Source of the DNA: a virus
Reading direction: 5' to 3' (one strand)
IMG/VR virus record: IMGVR_UViG_3300029378_000011
Length of the DNA stretch: 41,831 nt
The notes below the pieces were generated by a model. It saw only the letters and a program-made list of their open reading frames with translations. It was not told the origin of the DNA and made no database searches. The position numbers were made by a program, and so were the translations under genes. Positions 1 through 8,714 of this stretch are shown here, piece by piece (the first letter of the stretch is position 1; the number at the start of each line of letters is the position of its first letter).

Positions 1-123
1 TCAGCGAAAACAGCACCCTGTTCCGCACGATCAAAAAACATGAAATTGTGCTTGAACAGGCAATCACAGAGTTGTGCCGGAGCTTGCTCCGCATGGGAAA
101 TCGGTACATGGGCGCATCCCTCA
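1..123. repeat. Terminal direct repeat. Bases 1-123 are identical to 41709-41831, which is the assembly overlap of a circular or circularly permuted genome.
   Basis: Read directly: tcagcgaaaacagcaccctg...ggcgcatccctca is present at both ends. The portal reading frame is continuous across the junction. Confidence 0.95.
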
Positions 124-335
124 ATGAGGACGTCCAGATCTCCATTGACTTTGACGATTCCATCATTGAGGACAAGGGTCAGGACTTTAACCGTGACGTG
201 CAGCTTCTTAACGCTGGAATCATGAACGATTGGGAGTTCCGCATGCGGTGGATGAACGAGGACGAGGCGACCGCAAAGGCGGCGCTGCCGAAGATGCAGG
301 ATATAACCACAGAGGAAGAAACGGAGGTAGAGTGA
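3..335 (+). CDS. Portal protein, C-terminal part (continuation of 40640..41831 across the circular junction)
   Basis: The open frame starts at the window edge and is in frame with the ORF that runs off the 3' end. The combined length is about 467 aa. It lies immediately downstream of terL. Stop TGA at 333-335. Confidence 0.85.
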   Translation, partial: SENSTLFRTIKKHEIVLEQAITELCRSLLRMGNRYMGASLNEDVQISIDFDDSIIEDKGQDFNRDVQLLNAGIMNDWEFRMRWMNEDEATAKAALPKMQDITTEEETEVE

Positions 336-874
336 TGGGCGGTAGAGGCGGAGCAGGCGGCGGGCTTGGCGCTGGTGAAGCTGGGCGCGGGCGCGGAATG
401 AGCCTTGCAAAATTTTTATCTCAGGAGGACATCAACAGAGCAAATGCGGCATCTGTTACAGACATGGGCGACATCATCAGGCGCACATTCGAGCGGAACG
501 CCGCAGAGATCAACGGCTTAGAGCTTTCGGACAGTGAAAAGAAAGACGCTGTCCGCAAGATGGCAGAGTTGGCAACAACTGCCCTAAAAACGGCTGCTGG
601 TGCAGTAAATCCGTATTCAAGCGGACCTGCAAGACTTACCACGGCACAGAAAACCGGCAGCGCAGCGGATAGGGCCGCAAGAGCGCGTGGCGAAATGGAT
701 GGGTATATGCGTAAACTACGCGACCAGTCCAGTGCAAACCGCAAGGCGGCAGAGAAAAAGGCGTTTTCAAATGCTTTTGTATCTGCGGCAAGGTCTGGCG
801 CATTGGAGGTTACGGTAGACGGAAAGAAATATCGTCGCGCAAATAAGCGTAGCAATACGTGGCGGCCTGCATGA
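335..874 (+). CDS. Hypothetical protein with a Gly-rich N-terminus (MGGRGGAGGGLGAGEAGRGRG) and a basic Ala/Lys/Arg-rich body
   Basis: ATG at 335 overlaps the portal stop (ATGA). GGAGG at 324-328. No family recognised. Confidence 0.6.
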   Translation: MGGRGGAGGGLGAGEAGRGRGMSLAKFLSQEDINRANAASVTDMGDIIRRTFERNAAEINGLELSDSEKKDAVRKMAELATTALKTAAGAVNPYSSGPARLTTAQKTGSAADRAARARGEMDGYMRKLRDQSSANRKAAEKKAFSNAFVSAARSGALEVTVDGKKYRRANKRSNTWRPA

Positions 875-1518
875 TTAACTTTGAAAATCTTGACAAGTTC
901 ACATTCCTCGGCGTGGGCAAGTACGATATTCCGCAGATCGAGCCGGTCAAGGCATACCCACAAGGTGAGTTTGTCCCCGTGAATTACCATTACACAGCGA
1001 AAGACACGAAAAGCAAGATTGTGCATTTCTTTGTGGACGATTACCAATTTATTCGATATTGGAACACACCGGACAAGTATATTCCGAAACTGTCGCAGTT
1101 TTCGGCGGTGTGCGCGCCGGACTTCTCCACCTACACGGATATGCCGCTTGCGATGCAGATATACAACCACTATCGCAAGCATTGGTTGGCGGCGTACTGG
1201 CAAATGCACGGCATGACGGTTTATCCCTCTGTATCATGGAGCGATGAACGCAGTTACGATTGGTGCTTTGATGGTGATCCTGTTGGCGGGATAGTTGCGG
1301 TTAGTTCGGTAGGCACACAGCAGAACAAGGAAAGCAAGCGGCTGTTTCTGCGCGGCTACGAGGAAATGATGAAGCGGCTATCGCCGGAATGGGTGATATT
1401 CTATGGCAAAGTGCCGGAGGAATGCGACTGGAATGTGATCCGCGTGAAGCCGCATTACGATGAAATTGTGAAGCGGAGGAAAGCAAATGAAATATCCGTT
1501 TCAGCCGGAAATCCTTGA
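871..1518 (+). CDS. DUF4417-like protein
   Basis: ATG at 871 overlaps the upstream stop (ATGA). Motifs HFFVDDYQF, PDFSTYTDMP, YNHYRKHW and SVSW resemble the DUF4417 family as I remember it. Confidence 0.55.
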   Translation: MINFENLDKFTFLGVGKYDIPQIEPVKAYPQGEFVPVNYHYTAKDTKSKIVHFFVDDYQFIRYWNTPDKYIPKLSQFSAVCAPDFSTYTDMPLAMQIYNHYRKHWLAAYWQMHGMTVYPSVSWSDERSYDWCFDGDPVGGIVAVSSVGTQQNKESKRLFLRGYEEMMKRLSPEWVIFYGKVPEECDWNVIRVKPHYDEIVKRRKANEISVSAGNP

Positions 1519-2665
1519 TGCGCTGCCGGAAGAACTGGCAGAACTGTACCGTGGACTTGAGGACACGCTGCTGACGGAGATATGCTCTCGTCTAAAGCTG
1601 CGGGACGAGTTGAACGAGGTTACGGTGCAGGACATCAAGGCGCTGCGGGCGCACGGCATTGACCTCGAGGAAATCGAGAGAGCGATACGCAAGACTACGG
1701 GCATCAGTGAGCAGAAGCTCAAGAAGATACTGGACGATGTGGTAAAGCGCAACCAGCAGTATTATACCAGCGTCATCGACTTGGAACACATCACGCAGCC
1801 GGAAACGCTGGTAAGCATCGAGGACACCTGGGCCATATACCAGCAGACAAAGCGGGACTTGCGCAATATAACCCAATCAATGGGCTTTTTGGTGGACGCA
1901 GGGCGGACGATGCTCCCCCCTGCCAAAGCTTACCAATGGGCGCTTGATAACGCGGTGATGCAGGTGCAGAGCGGCGCTATCAACTACAAACAGGCCATCA
2001 AGACGGCAGTAAAGCAGCTTGCAGACAGCGGATTGAAAATAGTTGACTATGAAAGTGGCCATCGAGACCAAATCGATGTGGCGGCTCGGCGGGCGGTAAT
2101 GACAGGCGTTTCCCAAATCTGCGCAAAATACACGGAGCAATCGGCAGAATATCTTGAGACACCATATTTCGAGGTTTCCGCCCATTCTGGCGCGCGTGAT
2201 AAGCCGGGGCCGTCCCCGTGGTCAAGCCATAAGGACTGGCAAGGCAGGGTTTACAGTATTCGCGCAAATGACATTTACCCGAGCATCTACGAGGTGTGCG
2301 GACTGGGGGCCGTGGATGGTCTGGAAGGAGCCAACTGCCGCCACCGGCGCTTCCCCTGGGTCGAAGGTGTGTCTGAGCGCACCTATACCGATGAACAGCT
2401 TGCACATATTGATGATGGGCTTGGCTGCACATTTGATGGCAAGACCTACACCGCATATGAGGCCACACAGATGCAGCGACGCATAGAGCGTACCATACGA
2501 AAGCAAAAGCGTCTGAAAAACGCGTACAGCGTCGCGGGTCTGGAGGAAGATGCGACTGCGGCCAACATCAAACTGCGGCGATTAAACGCCAAATACAAGG
2601 CGTTCAGCGCGGCGGCGGGGCTGCCGGAGCAGCGGGAAAGGATGAAGGTGCTGTATGAGAATTAA
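1487..2665 (+). CDS. Minor capsid / head morphogenesis protein (SPP1 gp7 / Mu F / phage minor capsid protein 2-like)
   Basis: 392 aa, located after the portal. The N-terminus LPEELAELYRGLEDTLLTEI and the central/C-terminal region with ANCRHR are typical of this family. Confidence 0.7.
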   Translation: MKYPFQPEILDALPEELAELYRGLEDTLLTEICSRLKLRDELNEVTVQDIKALRAHGIDLEEIERAIRKTTGISEQKLKKILDDVVKRNQQYYTSVIDLEHITQPETLVSIEDTWAIYQQTKRDLRNITQSMGFLVDAGRTMLPPAKAYQWALDNAVMQVQSGAINYKQAIKTAVKQLADSGLKIVDYESGHRDQIDVAARRAVMTGVSQICAKYTEQSAEYLETPYFEVSAHSGARDKPGPSPWSSHKDWQGRVYSIRANDIYPSIYEVCGLGAVDGLEGANCRHRRFPWVEGVSERTYTDEQLAHIDDGLGCTFDGKTYTAYEATQMQRRIERTIRKQKRLKNAYSVAGLEEDATAANIKLRRLNAKYKAFSAAAGLPEQRERMKVLYEN

Positions 2666-2846
2666 AGCAAGAAGTTACGAAGGAATTGTGCTTGAACTTG
2701 ACGGAGAAGTGCGAGTGATGCGTGATTACACCCGCGAGATTGCACGCGTGATCAAGTATCGGGTTGTAATTCTGTGCGATGATGGCGCAAAAGTTGAGCT
2801 TACGGATGTAAAACCAAAAGAAATTGAGGTAGTCAATGAACCGTGA
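2655..2846 (+). CDS. Hypothetical small protein (63 aa)
   Basis: ORF overlapping the end of the upstream gene, preceded by GAAGGTG. Confidence 0.45.
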   Translation: MRIKARSYEGIVLELDGEVRVMRDYTREIARVIKYRVVILCDDGAKVELTDVKPKEIEVVNEP

Positions 2847-2967
2847 TGAAATGATACAGGCTATCGAAGCCATCTTGAAGCGTGGCAACAACGCAGAGGT
2901 GCGACGAAAAGGCGATGGGTATATCGTCTTGGAGGTCAAAAAAACAATCCAATACACTTCCGCGTAA
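2836..2967 (+). CDS. Hypothetical small protein (43 aa, MNRDEMIQAIEAILKRGNNAEVRRKGDGYIVLEVKKT...)
   Basis: Hand-translated. The ATG overlaps the end of the upstream ORF. Stop TAA at 2965-2967. It is below the ORF-track length cut-off. Confidence 0.35.
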   Translation: MNRDEMIQAIEAILKRGNNAEVRRKGDGYIVLEVKKTIQYTSA

Positions 2968-2990
2968 TTGGGCGCGGGAAAGGGCAATAG

Positions 2991-3034
2991 GAGCCAAATG
3001 CTGAGGAATTCTCGGTGGTTGGCTCTTTTGTTTT
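2991..3034 (+). terminator. Putative rho-independent terminator or attenuator
   Basis: GAGCCAA (2991-2997) pairs with TTGGCTC (3019-3025), with an inner GAG/CTC helix. It is followed by TTTTGTTTT. Confidence 0.45.
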
Positions 3035-3116
3035 AAGTAAAACCCGCGAAGCACAGCGGTTTTTATAAAAACTATCGTCCGCGAAGAAACGCGGCCAAAG
3101 AAAAGGAGATAGTGTC

Positions 3117-3710
3117 ATGGCACTTACACGCAAACTTTTGAAGGGTATGGGTCTCACCGATGAGCAGGTAGATACCATCATCGAAGCGCATACCGACACT
3201 GTGGACGGCCTAAAGGCGGATGTGACCCGCTACAAGGCCGATGCGGAGAAGCTGCCCGGCATCCAGAAGCAGTTGGATGATCTCAAGGCGGCAGGTGACG
3301 GCGGTTATAAGGAGAAGTACGAGAAGGAACACTCGGCTTTTGAAGCCTTTAAGACCGACATCACAGAAAAGGAAAGCAAGGCGGCAAAGGAAAAGGCTGT
3401 CCGGGCTTACTTTGAGAGCAAAAACATCACCGGCGCAAATCTCGACCTTGCCATGCGCGGATGCGGCGAGGAAATGTCTACCTTGGAGCTGGACGGCGAG
3501 AAGATCAAGGACACCAAGAGCCTTGACGCTCTCGTAGACGGCACTTATAAGAGCCTTGTTTCTAAGCCTGCTGTCCGGCTGGACATGGGCGCACGGCTCA
3601 ACGAGGGCGGCAAGCCTATGACAAAGGACGAGATTATGAAAATCACCGACAGAACAGAGCGGCGCGCTGCAATCGCCGCAAATATGGATTTGTTTAGAAA
3701 GGAAGAATAA
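3117..3710 (+). CDS. Capsid scaffolding protein (phage GP20-like)
   Basis: 197 aa, acidic/Lys-rich and coiled-coil, immediately upstream of the major capsid gene. AAGGAG RBS. Confidence 0.7.
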   Translation: MALTRKLLKGMGLTDEQVDTIIEAHTDTVDGLKADVTRYKADAEKLPGIQKQLDDLKAAGDGGYKEKYEKEHSAFEAFKTDITEKESKAAKEKAVRAYFESKNITGANLDLAMRGCGEEMSTLELDGEKIKDTKSLDALVDGTYKSLVSKPAVRLDMGARLNEGGKPMTKDEIMKITDRTERRAAIAANMDLFRKEE

Positions 3711-3712
3711 AA

Positions 3713-4585
3713 ATGGCTGTTGATCCTAAGCTGATTAAGAAGGAAGATCTTGCCCGTGTTCGCGAGATCGAGTTTACCGAAATGTTCGGCTATTCCATCA
3801 AGAAGTTGATGGAGGCTCTGGGCGTTACCCGCAAGATTGCCAAGCAGGCCGGTACTGTGCTCAAGAGCTACAAGGCTACCGGAACTCTGGAAGACGGCGC
3901 TGTGGCCGAGGGCGAGACCATCCCTCTGAGCAAGTACAAGACCGAGGCTGTGAACTACAAGGAGATCACCTTGAAGAAGTGGCGTAAGGCCACTTCTGCC
4001 GAGGCAATCACTGATCGCGGCTACGATCAGGCCGTCGAAATGACCACCGATGAAATGCTGAAGGATGTGCAAAAAGGTATCCGCAAGGATTTCTTCGGCT
4101 TCCTCGCAACCGGTACTGGCACGGCCAGCGGTGCTACCTTCCAGGCGACCTTGGCTCAGGCATGGGGCCAGCTGCAGGTGCTGTTCGAGGATGACGAGAT
4201 CGGCGCAGTGTATTTCATGAACCCGCTGGATGTTGCGGACTATCTCGCAACTGCCAACATCACCCTGCAGACCGCTTTCGGCATGACCTATGTCGAGAAC
4301 TTTCTCGGTCTGGGCACTGTGATTCTGAACTCCAGCGTCCCCAAGGGCAAGATTTACGCCACCGCCAAGGACAACATCGTCCTGTACTACATCCCTGTGA
4401 ACGGCGCAGATCTGGGCGAGGTGTTCAACTTCACCACCGACGCCACCGGTTATATCGGTATCCATGAGGAACCCGATTACACCAACATGACCGCATCCGA
4501 TACCGTTATCAACGGCATGGTGCTGTTCGCCGAGCGCATTGACGGCGTGGTTGTCGGCTCCATCACTCCGGCAGTGGGGGGCTAA
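3713..4585 (+). CDS. Major capsid protein
   Basis: 290 aa, positioned after the scaffold, with composition typical of siphovirus capsid proteins. It ends in the G-run GTG GGG GGC TAA. Confidence 0.75.
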   Translation: MAVDPKLIKKEDLARVREIEFTEMFGYSIKKLMEALGVTRKIAKQAGTVLKSYKATGTLEDGAVAEGETIPLSKYKTEAVNYKEITLKKWRKATSAEAITDRGYDQAVEMTTDEMLKDVQKGIRKDFFGFLATGTGTASGATFQATLAQAWGQLQVLFEDDEIGAVYFMNPLDVADYLATANITLQTAFGMTYVENFLGLGTVILNSSVPKGKIYATAKDNIVLYYIPVNGADLGEVFNFTTDATGYIGIHEEPDYTNMTASDTVINGMVLFAERIDGVVVGSITPAVGG

Positions 4586-4632
4586 GCGAACTGCTGAGTG
4601 AGCCTGACCCTGAAACTTCTTCTTTCTCCAAC

Positions 4633-4737
4633 ATGACAAAAGCCCAACTGCTTGATTATGCCAGGGGAAACGGGGTGGACGGGGTCAGCAGTTCAATGCG
4701 CAAGGCTGACATAATTGCAGTATTGGAAGGGAGCTGA
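4633..4737 (+). CDS. Small HeH / Rho-N-terminal-domain-like peptide (34 aa). It is either independent or the C-terminal extension of the capsid protein made by a -1 frameshift.
   Basis: MTKAQLLDYARGNGVDGVSSSMRKADIIAVLEGS matches the Rho_N/HeH pattern. There is no Shine-Dalgarno sequence before the ATG. The frame is open back to the capsid stop. Confidence 0.45.
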   Translation: MTKAQLLDYARGNGVDGVSSSMRKADIIAVLEGS

Positions 4738-4742
4738 CCCGT

Positions 4743-5177
4743 ATGACATACGCTGATTATACATACTACGCCGGAATCTATATGGGTTCTGTGAGCGAGG
4801 AAGATTTTCCGCGTCTGGCTGTTCGGGCCAGCTCCTTCCTCGATTACTACACCCAAAACCGGGCGAAAGACAACGCTGATATGGACGCTGTAAAGATGTG
4901 TTGCTGCGCATTGGTGGACAAGTATCAGTTGATCGAGACCGCGCAGCAACTTGCCGCAACCAGGCTGACGGCGGCGCTTACCGGCGGTGACGTGAAAAGT
5001 GAAACGGTAGGCGGGTATTCTCGCACACTGGCCAGCGGCGGGGAAAGCGCCGCTGCTGCATTGAGTGCCACGGACGGCGCAAGAAAATTGCTGGCGGAAA
5101 CATGCATGGAATACCTTGCCCATACAGGGCTGCTGTATCGCGGAGGTGGTTGCAGATGTACGCTCCCCACACTGTAA
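4743..5177 (+). CDS. Head-tail connector / adaptor protein (gp6-like)
   Basis: 144 aa. The start MTYADYTYYAGIYMGS..EEDFPRLA is typical of the phage gp6-like head-tail connector family. It occupies the first neck-gene position. Confidence 0.6.
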   Translation: MTYADYTYYAGIYMGSVSEEDFPRLAVRASSFLDYYTQNRAKDNADMDAVKMCCCALVDKYQLIETAQQLAATRLTAALTGGDVKSETVGGYSRTLASGGESAAAALSATDGARKLLAETCMEYLAHTGLLYRGGGCRCTLPTL

Positions 5178-5605
5178 CGGTTTACAACGTCGTGCGTGAA
5201 CCGGACCCTGCCACGCTAAAAGATGTCACAAACCTATATGTAACCGTGCTTGATGGCGTGTTCTGCGAGGCGTCAAAGGGAGTTAACGTGCGCAAAAGCG
5301 GGCTTGAAGGCGCCGACGCAGTAAACCTGTATATCCCATTTACGGTAAAAGCTGTGGATGGATTTAGCGGAAAGCCCAAGACATATACAGAGCCGCAAGC
5401 ATTTTTTGCCTCAAGCGACAGGACGGGCCTATGGACGCTATCCACCACCGGCAACGGTGGCGATACATTTTTCGTCAAAGGCGAATTTGTAACGGACAAC
5501 GAGGGCGTGGCATTGGCGCACGATAATTGCTGGAATGTGACTAAGGTTGACGCAAAAGACTTTGGCAGCGCAGATATGCAGCATTGGGAAGTGGGTGGTA
5601 AATAA
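5156..5605 (+). CDS. Head closure / neck protein candidate
   Basis: ATG at 5156 is preceded by GGAGG (5142-5146). 149 aa, in the second neck-gene position. Confidence 0.45.
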   Translation: MYAPHTVTVYNVVREPDPATLKDVTNLYVTVLDGVFCEASKGVNVRKSGLEGADAVNLYIPFTVKAVDGFSGKPKTYTEPQAFFASSDRTGLWTLSTTGNGGDTFFVKGEFVTDNEGVALAHDNCWNVTKVDAKDFGSADMQHWEVGGK

Positions 5606-6025
5606 GTGGCCGTTACCTTTGCGATGCATTTTGGCGGCATGGAGGCCATCAAGGACAAACTGGCTGAGAGCTGCACCCGCGCTGAAAGCATTGTTGGGCA
5701 GCAGGTCATAAAAGACACCGAGCCGTTTGTTCCTGCGCTTACAGGATCATTAACAATACGCACGAGGTTAGACGGCAACAAAATTATTTACCCCGGGCCT
5801 TATGCGCGGTTTTTGTACTACGGCAAAGTCATGGTTGATCCGCAAACCGGTAGCACCTTTGCGCCAAAGGGCGGGACGAAGGTCTTGACAAACCGAGACC
5901 TTGTATTTTCCAAGGCGATGCACCCACAAGCACAGAGCCATTGGTTTGAGGCTTCCAAAGCGCAGAACCTGGATAAATGGATACGCATTGCAGAAAAGGC
6001 GGTGGAAAAATTTGGACAAAGTTAA
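5606..6025 (+). CDS. Neck / tail-completion protein (minor capsid, HK97 gp10-like class)
   Basis: GTG start abutting the upstream stop. The YARFLYYG motif and the third neck-gene position support the call. Confidence 0.45.
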   Translation: MAVTFAMHFGGMEAIKDKLAESCTRAESIVGQQVIKDTEPFVPALTGSLTIRTRLDGNKIIYPGPYARFLYYGKVMVDPQTGSTFAPKGGTKVLTNRDLVFSKAMHPQAQSHWFEASKAQNLDKWIRIAEKAVEKFGQS

Positions 6026-6458
6026 AAAAACCGTATCGGCAGCGGAAGAGGACAAGGTATCTCGCAAGCTGCTGGTTTGGCTGAACACATATCCGGATTT
6101 GCCGGTGGATTTGATTCGATTTGAGTCCCTGCCCGCCGACACCTCTGCAATGGCCATTTCGACCATCCAGGCGTCCTATATCGTTAAACGATATGTTTTA
6201 GGGGGCTACCAAGCGGAATACCAATTCAAAATCATTTACCGGGTTAAGCCGGGCAACAGCATGGACAAACGGCTCAAGGCTGACGAACTGTTAAACGCTA
6301 TCGGAGATTGGGCGACCGGAAAGCGCCCTGACATTGGTACGGGGAAACGCGTTGTAAGCCTGGAGCCTACTACGCGATCTTCTTTGTTCGCTGTGTATGA
6401 AAACGGCGACGAAGATCATCAAATCTTAATGAAAATGAATTACGAGGTGAATACATAA
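6012..6458 (+). CDS. Tail terminator / neck protein candidate
   Basis: There is no in-frame ATG near the upstream stop. TTG at 6012 follows AAGGCGGTGG. This is the fourth neck gene, directly before the major tail gene. Confidence 0.4.
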   Translation: MDKVKKTVSAAEEDKVSRKLLVWLNTYPDLPVDLIRFESLPADTSAMAISTIQASYIVKRYVLGGYQAEYQFKIIYRVKPGNSMDKRLKADELLNAIGDWATGKRPDIGTGKRVVSLEPTTRSSLFAVYENGDEDHQILMKMNYEVNT

Positions 6459-6979
6459 TGGCAGATTTGACTTTTACCACACCGGAAGGCCAGACCATTG
6501 ACCGGGAACTGCTGATCGCATACCTCAACACGGGGACCAAGGAAAGCCCTGTTTGGAGCGCTATCGGCAAGCGGGTGGAGGACACCAGCGAGGAAATGGA
6601 CTGGGGCCAGGAGAGCAAGCAGGATGTGCTGGGGAACACATTCACAACCATGAAAAAGCCCGTTATTACACAAACCTTTGACCCCATCCCCTTGGATGCT
6701 GGTGATGCAGCAGCCGTGAAGATGTGGAATTTGGCCGTAAAAGACCACGATGCGCAGGCGCTGGCCAACCAGGACATGATGATCGGGCATTTTTACGCCA
6801 CCAGCGGCGATGCGAAGTTTGCCGAGCGCTATGATTCCTGCGCCATTGCCGTGACCTCCATCGGCGGTGAGGGCGGCGGTACCCTGAACATCGCAAGCGA
6901 GATCACATACGGCGGCAATCGCACCCTGGGCACTGTGAATAAGGGCAGCAGCGGCGCTATTGAATTTACCGCAGCCTAA
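6458..6979 (+). CDS. Major tail protein
   Basis: 173 aa, placed between the neck genes and the tail chaperones. GAGGTG RBS. Followed by a strong hairpin. Confidence 0.65.
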   Translation: MADLTFTTPEGQTIDRELLIAYLNTGTKESPVWSAIGKRVEDTSEEMDWGQESKQDVLGNTFTTMKKPVITQTFDPIPLDAGDAAAVKMWNLAVKDHDAQALANQDMMIGHFYATSGDAKFAERYDSCAIAVTSIGGEGGGTLNIASEITYGGNRTLGTVNKGSSGAIEFTAA

Positions 6980-6986
6980 GCAGATC

Positions 6987-7010
6987 GGGGCGGGTGCTTC
7001 TGCCCGCCCC
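6987..7010 (+). terminator. GC hairpin after the major tail gene (attenuator or partial terminator)
   Basis: GGGGCGGG (6987-6994), loop tgcttctg, CCCGCCCC (7003-7010). There is no T-tract. Confidence 0.4.
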
Positions 7011-7032
7011 ACTATCGAAAACGGAGGACGCT

Positions 7033-7473
7033 ATGAGCGAAAATATTATCAAAATTGATACCGGCGTAGTCACTAAAACTTTTTTGACTACCGACGGGAA
7101 AGAATGCGAATTTGCGTTTAACCCGCTGGATATGGGCCTGTCTCGCCGGCTTTTTTCCGCGTTTGAAAAACTCGACAAAATGAACGAGGGTTATAAGGAC
7201 GAAGTGCAAAAAAACGCCGATAAAAAGGAAATTTTTGACATTGGCCAAAAGATGGACCTGGAAATGCGGGAGATCATCAACGGAGAAGTATTCGGATTTG
7301 ATATCTGCACCCCGCTTTTTGGTGAGCTGAATCTTTACGCGCTGGCCAACGGATTCCCCATTTGGGCAAATTTGCTTTTTGCGCTGGTGGACGAAATGGA
7401 TACTGCGTATGCCCGGGAGCAGAAGCTTACCAACCCGCGCATTAGCAAGTACACCAAGAAGTACCACAAATGA
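7033..7473 (+). CDS. Tail assembly chaperone
   Basis: ATG at 7033 follows ACGGAGGA. 146 aa, acidic, between the major tail gene and the tape measure. Confidence 0.6.
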   Translation: MSENIIKIDTGVVTKTFLTTDGKECEFAFNPLDMGLSRRLFSAFEKLDKMNEGYKDEVQKNADKKEIFDIGQKMDLEMREIINGEVFGFDICTPLFGELNLYALANGFPIWANLLFALVDEMDTAYAREQKLTNPRISKYTKKYHK

Positions 7474-8018
7474 GATACAGCCTGCCAAAATCCGTGGAGC
7501 TGGGCGGGAAGCAATACGCTATTCGGTCTGATTACCGGGACATTTTGGACATTTTGGAAATGCTTTCTGATTCGGAGCTGGACAGCGCCGATAAGGCAGA
7601 GGCAGTGATGGAAATGTTTTACCCGGATTACGAGGATATCCCATACACGGAATACGAGAACGCGGTGCGGCAATGCATATCCTTTATAAATTGCGGCGAG
7701 GAAGAATGCCGGGATGAAAAGCGCCCCAAGCTCATGGATTGGCAGCAGGATTTCCCGATGATTGCAAGCCCCATAAATCGCGTGCTTGGCACGGAAATCC
7801 GCTCCATTGAATATCTGCACTGGTGGACATTTATAGCCGCATACCAAGAAATAGGTGATTGCACCTTTGCCCAAGTGGTAAGCATCCGAAAAAAGAAAAC
7901 CAAAAATCAAAAGCTGGATAAATCCGATCAGGAATTTTACAAGCAGAATAAGCATCTTGTGGATTTCAAGCGCAGATATTCCGAGCAGGACGAAAATATT
8001 ATCAAACAATGGGTATAA
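7470..8018 (+). CDS. Phage Gp15-like tail assembly protein (second chaperone)
   Basis: ATGA overlap with the upstream gene. The YLHWWTF motif and the position before the tape measure support the call. Confidence 0.55.
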   Translation: MRYSLPKSVELGGKQYAIRSDYRDILDILEMLSDSELDSADKAEAVMEMFYPDYEDIPYTEYENAVRQCISFINCGEEECRDEKRPKLMDWQQDFPMIASPINRVLGTEIRSIEYLHWWTFIAAYQEIGDCTFAQVVSIRKKKTKNQKLDKSDQEFYKQNKHLVDFKRRYSEQDENIIKQWV

Positions 8019-8021
8019 AAA

Positions 8022-8043
8022 TCCGCCCTCTTGCGAGGGCGGA
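8022..8043. terminator. Bidirectional rho-independent terminator between convergent genes
   Basis: TCCGCCCTC, loop ttgc, GAGGGCGGA. An A-run lies upstream and a T-rich stretch downstream. Confidence 0.75.
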
Positions 8044-8054
8044 TGGACGCATTT

Positions 8055-8714
8055 TTACTTTTTCAGGTCAGCATCAATGCTGAACATTTTTGCTGTGAAA
8101 CTAATTTTGTACTGACTGCCTTTGGTAACAAGGAATGTGAGTTCATTGCTCCTAACAACTCCTCGCTCAAACCTAACGGTATGTTCTCCTGGCACCAGGT
8201 GGAACTGGACAATATTATCCAAATCAAACGCTTTTCGTTCCCCATCAACAATCAATATTGTTTTTGACTCTCCACACTTCCTCGCACCCATTCGTACCAC
8301 GGTAACATTTTGAGCGAAGCTCGCCTGGTTTTCCGGGTCAGACAGTTTCCTCAAAATCTCAGAACGCTTTTTCTCAAAGACATCATCTGGTAAGGCTCCG
8401 GATTCATGAAGATCGTGGATTTTTTGCAAGGTATCCAGCATCGCGGTATCCGTTTCCGGTGCGGCGGAAGTACTATCCTTGGACTGGTTTGCAATATCCA
8501 TCAGTTTATCGAACAACAACTTCTGTTCGCGTTGTTTTCGCTTACTTTCGCCTGGCGAGATGGGGGCGCACTCAATTACATCGGATGAACCGTCTTCGTA
8601 CTCAACCCAAAAACTGTATAGCGTATAGTTTACTGTAGTAAAAATGAGCGTATCCCGTGCCTCTCGCACTCCAAGTAGCTTTGCGCGTTTTATCAATTTC
8701 TCTTTTTTTGACAA
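8055..8714 (-). CDS. SHOCT-domain protein with a C-terminal beta-rich domain (moron inside the tail module)
   Basis: This is the only minus-strand gene in the structural block. TTG start at 8714 lies 7 nt after GGGAGGGG. LQKIHDLHESGALPDDVFEKKRSEILRKL fits the SHOCT consensus. The gene is visibly AT-richer than its neighbours. Confidence 0.65.
   Translation of the reverse strand: MSKKEKLIKRAKLLGVREARDTLIFTTVNYTLYSFWVEYEDGSSDVIECAPISPGESKRKQREQKLLFDKLMDIANQSKDSTSAAPETDTAMLDTLQKIHDLHESGALPDDVFEKKRSEILRKLSDPENQASFAQNVTVVRMGARKCGESKTILIVDGERKAFDLDNIVQFHLVPGEHTVRFERGVVRSNELTFLVTKGSQYKISFTAKMFSIDADLKK

Noticed and set aside
3545-4639. Long antisense ORFs opposite the capsid, tape measure, endolysin, moron and PAPS-reductase genes (for example 3545..4639, 9556..10614, 16586..17740, 19343..20191, 31613..32623, all on the minus strand)
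   Set aside because: These are shadow ORFs typical of GC-rich coding DNA. They lack an RBS, have Arg/Ala/Gly/His-rich low-complexity translations, and each overlaps a well-supported + strand gene.
5901-6011. The ATG at 5901 as the start of the fourth neck gene
   Set aside because: It would overlap the preceding gene by more than 120 nt and add an Arg/Lys-rich leader. The TTG at 6012, with an upstream purine-rich tract, fits the gene packing better.
6971-7035. Frameshift extension of the major tail protein into the downstream frame
   Set aside because: The alternative frame has a stop (TGA at 6961) only five codons before the tail stop, and there is no slippery site. The hairpin is better explained as an attenuator.
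7440-7480. Programmed -1 frameshift joining the two tail chaperone genes (lambda G/GT-type)
   Set aside because: The second gene has its own ATG in an ATGA overlap and looks like an independent Gp15-family protein. I saw no slippery heptamer near the junction.
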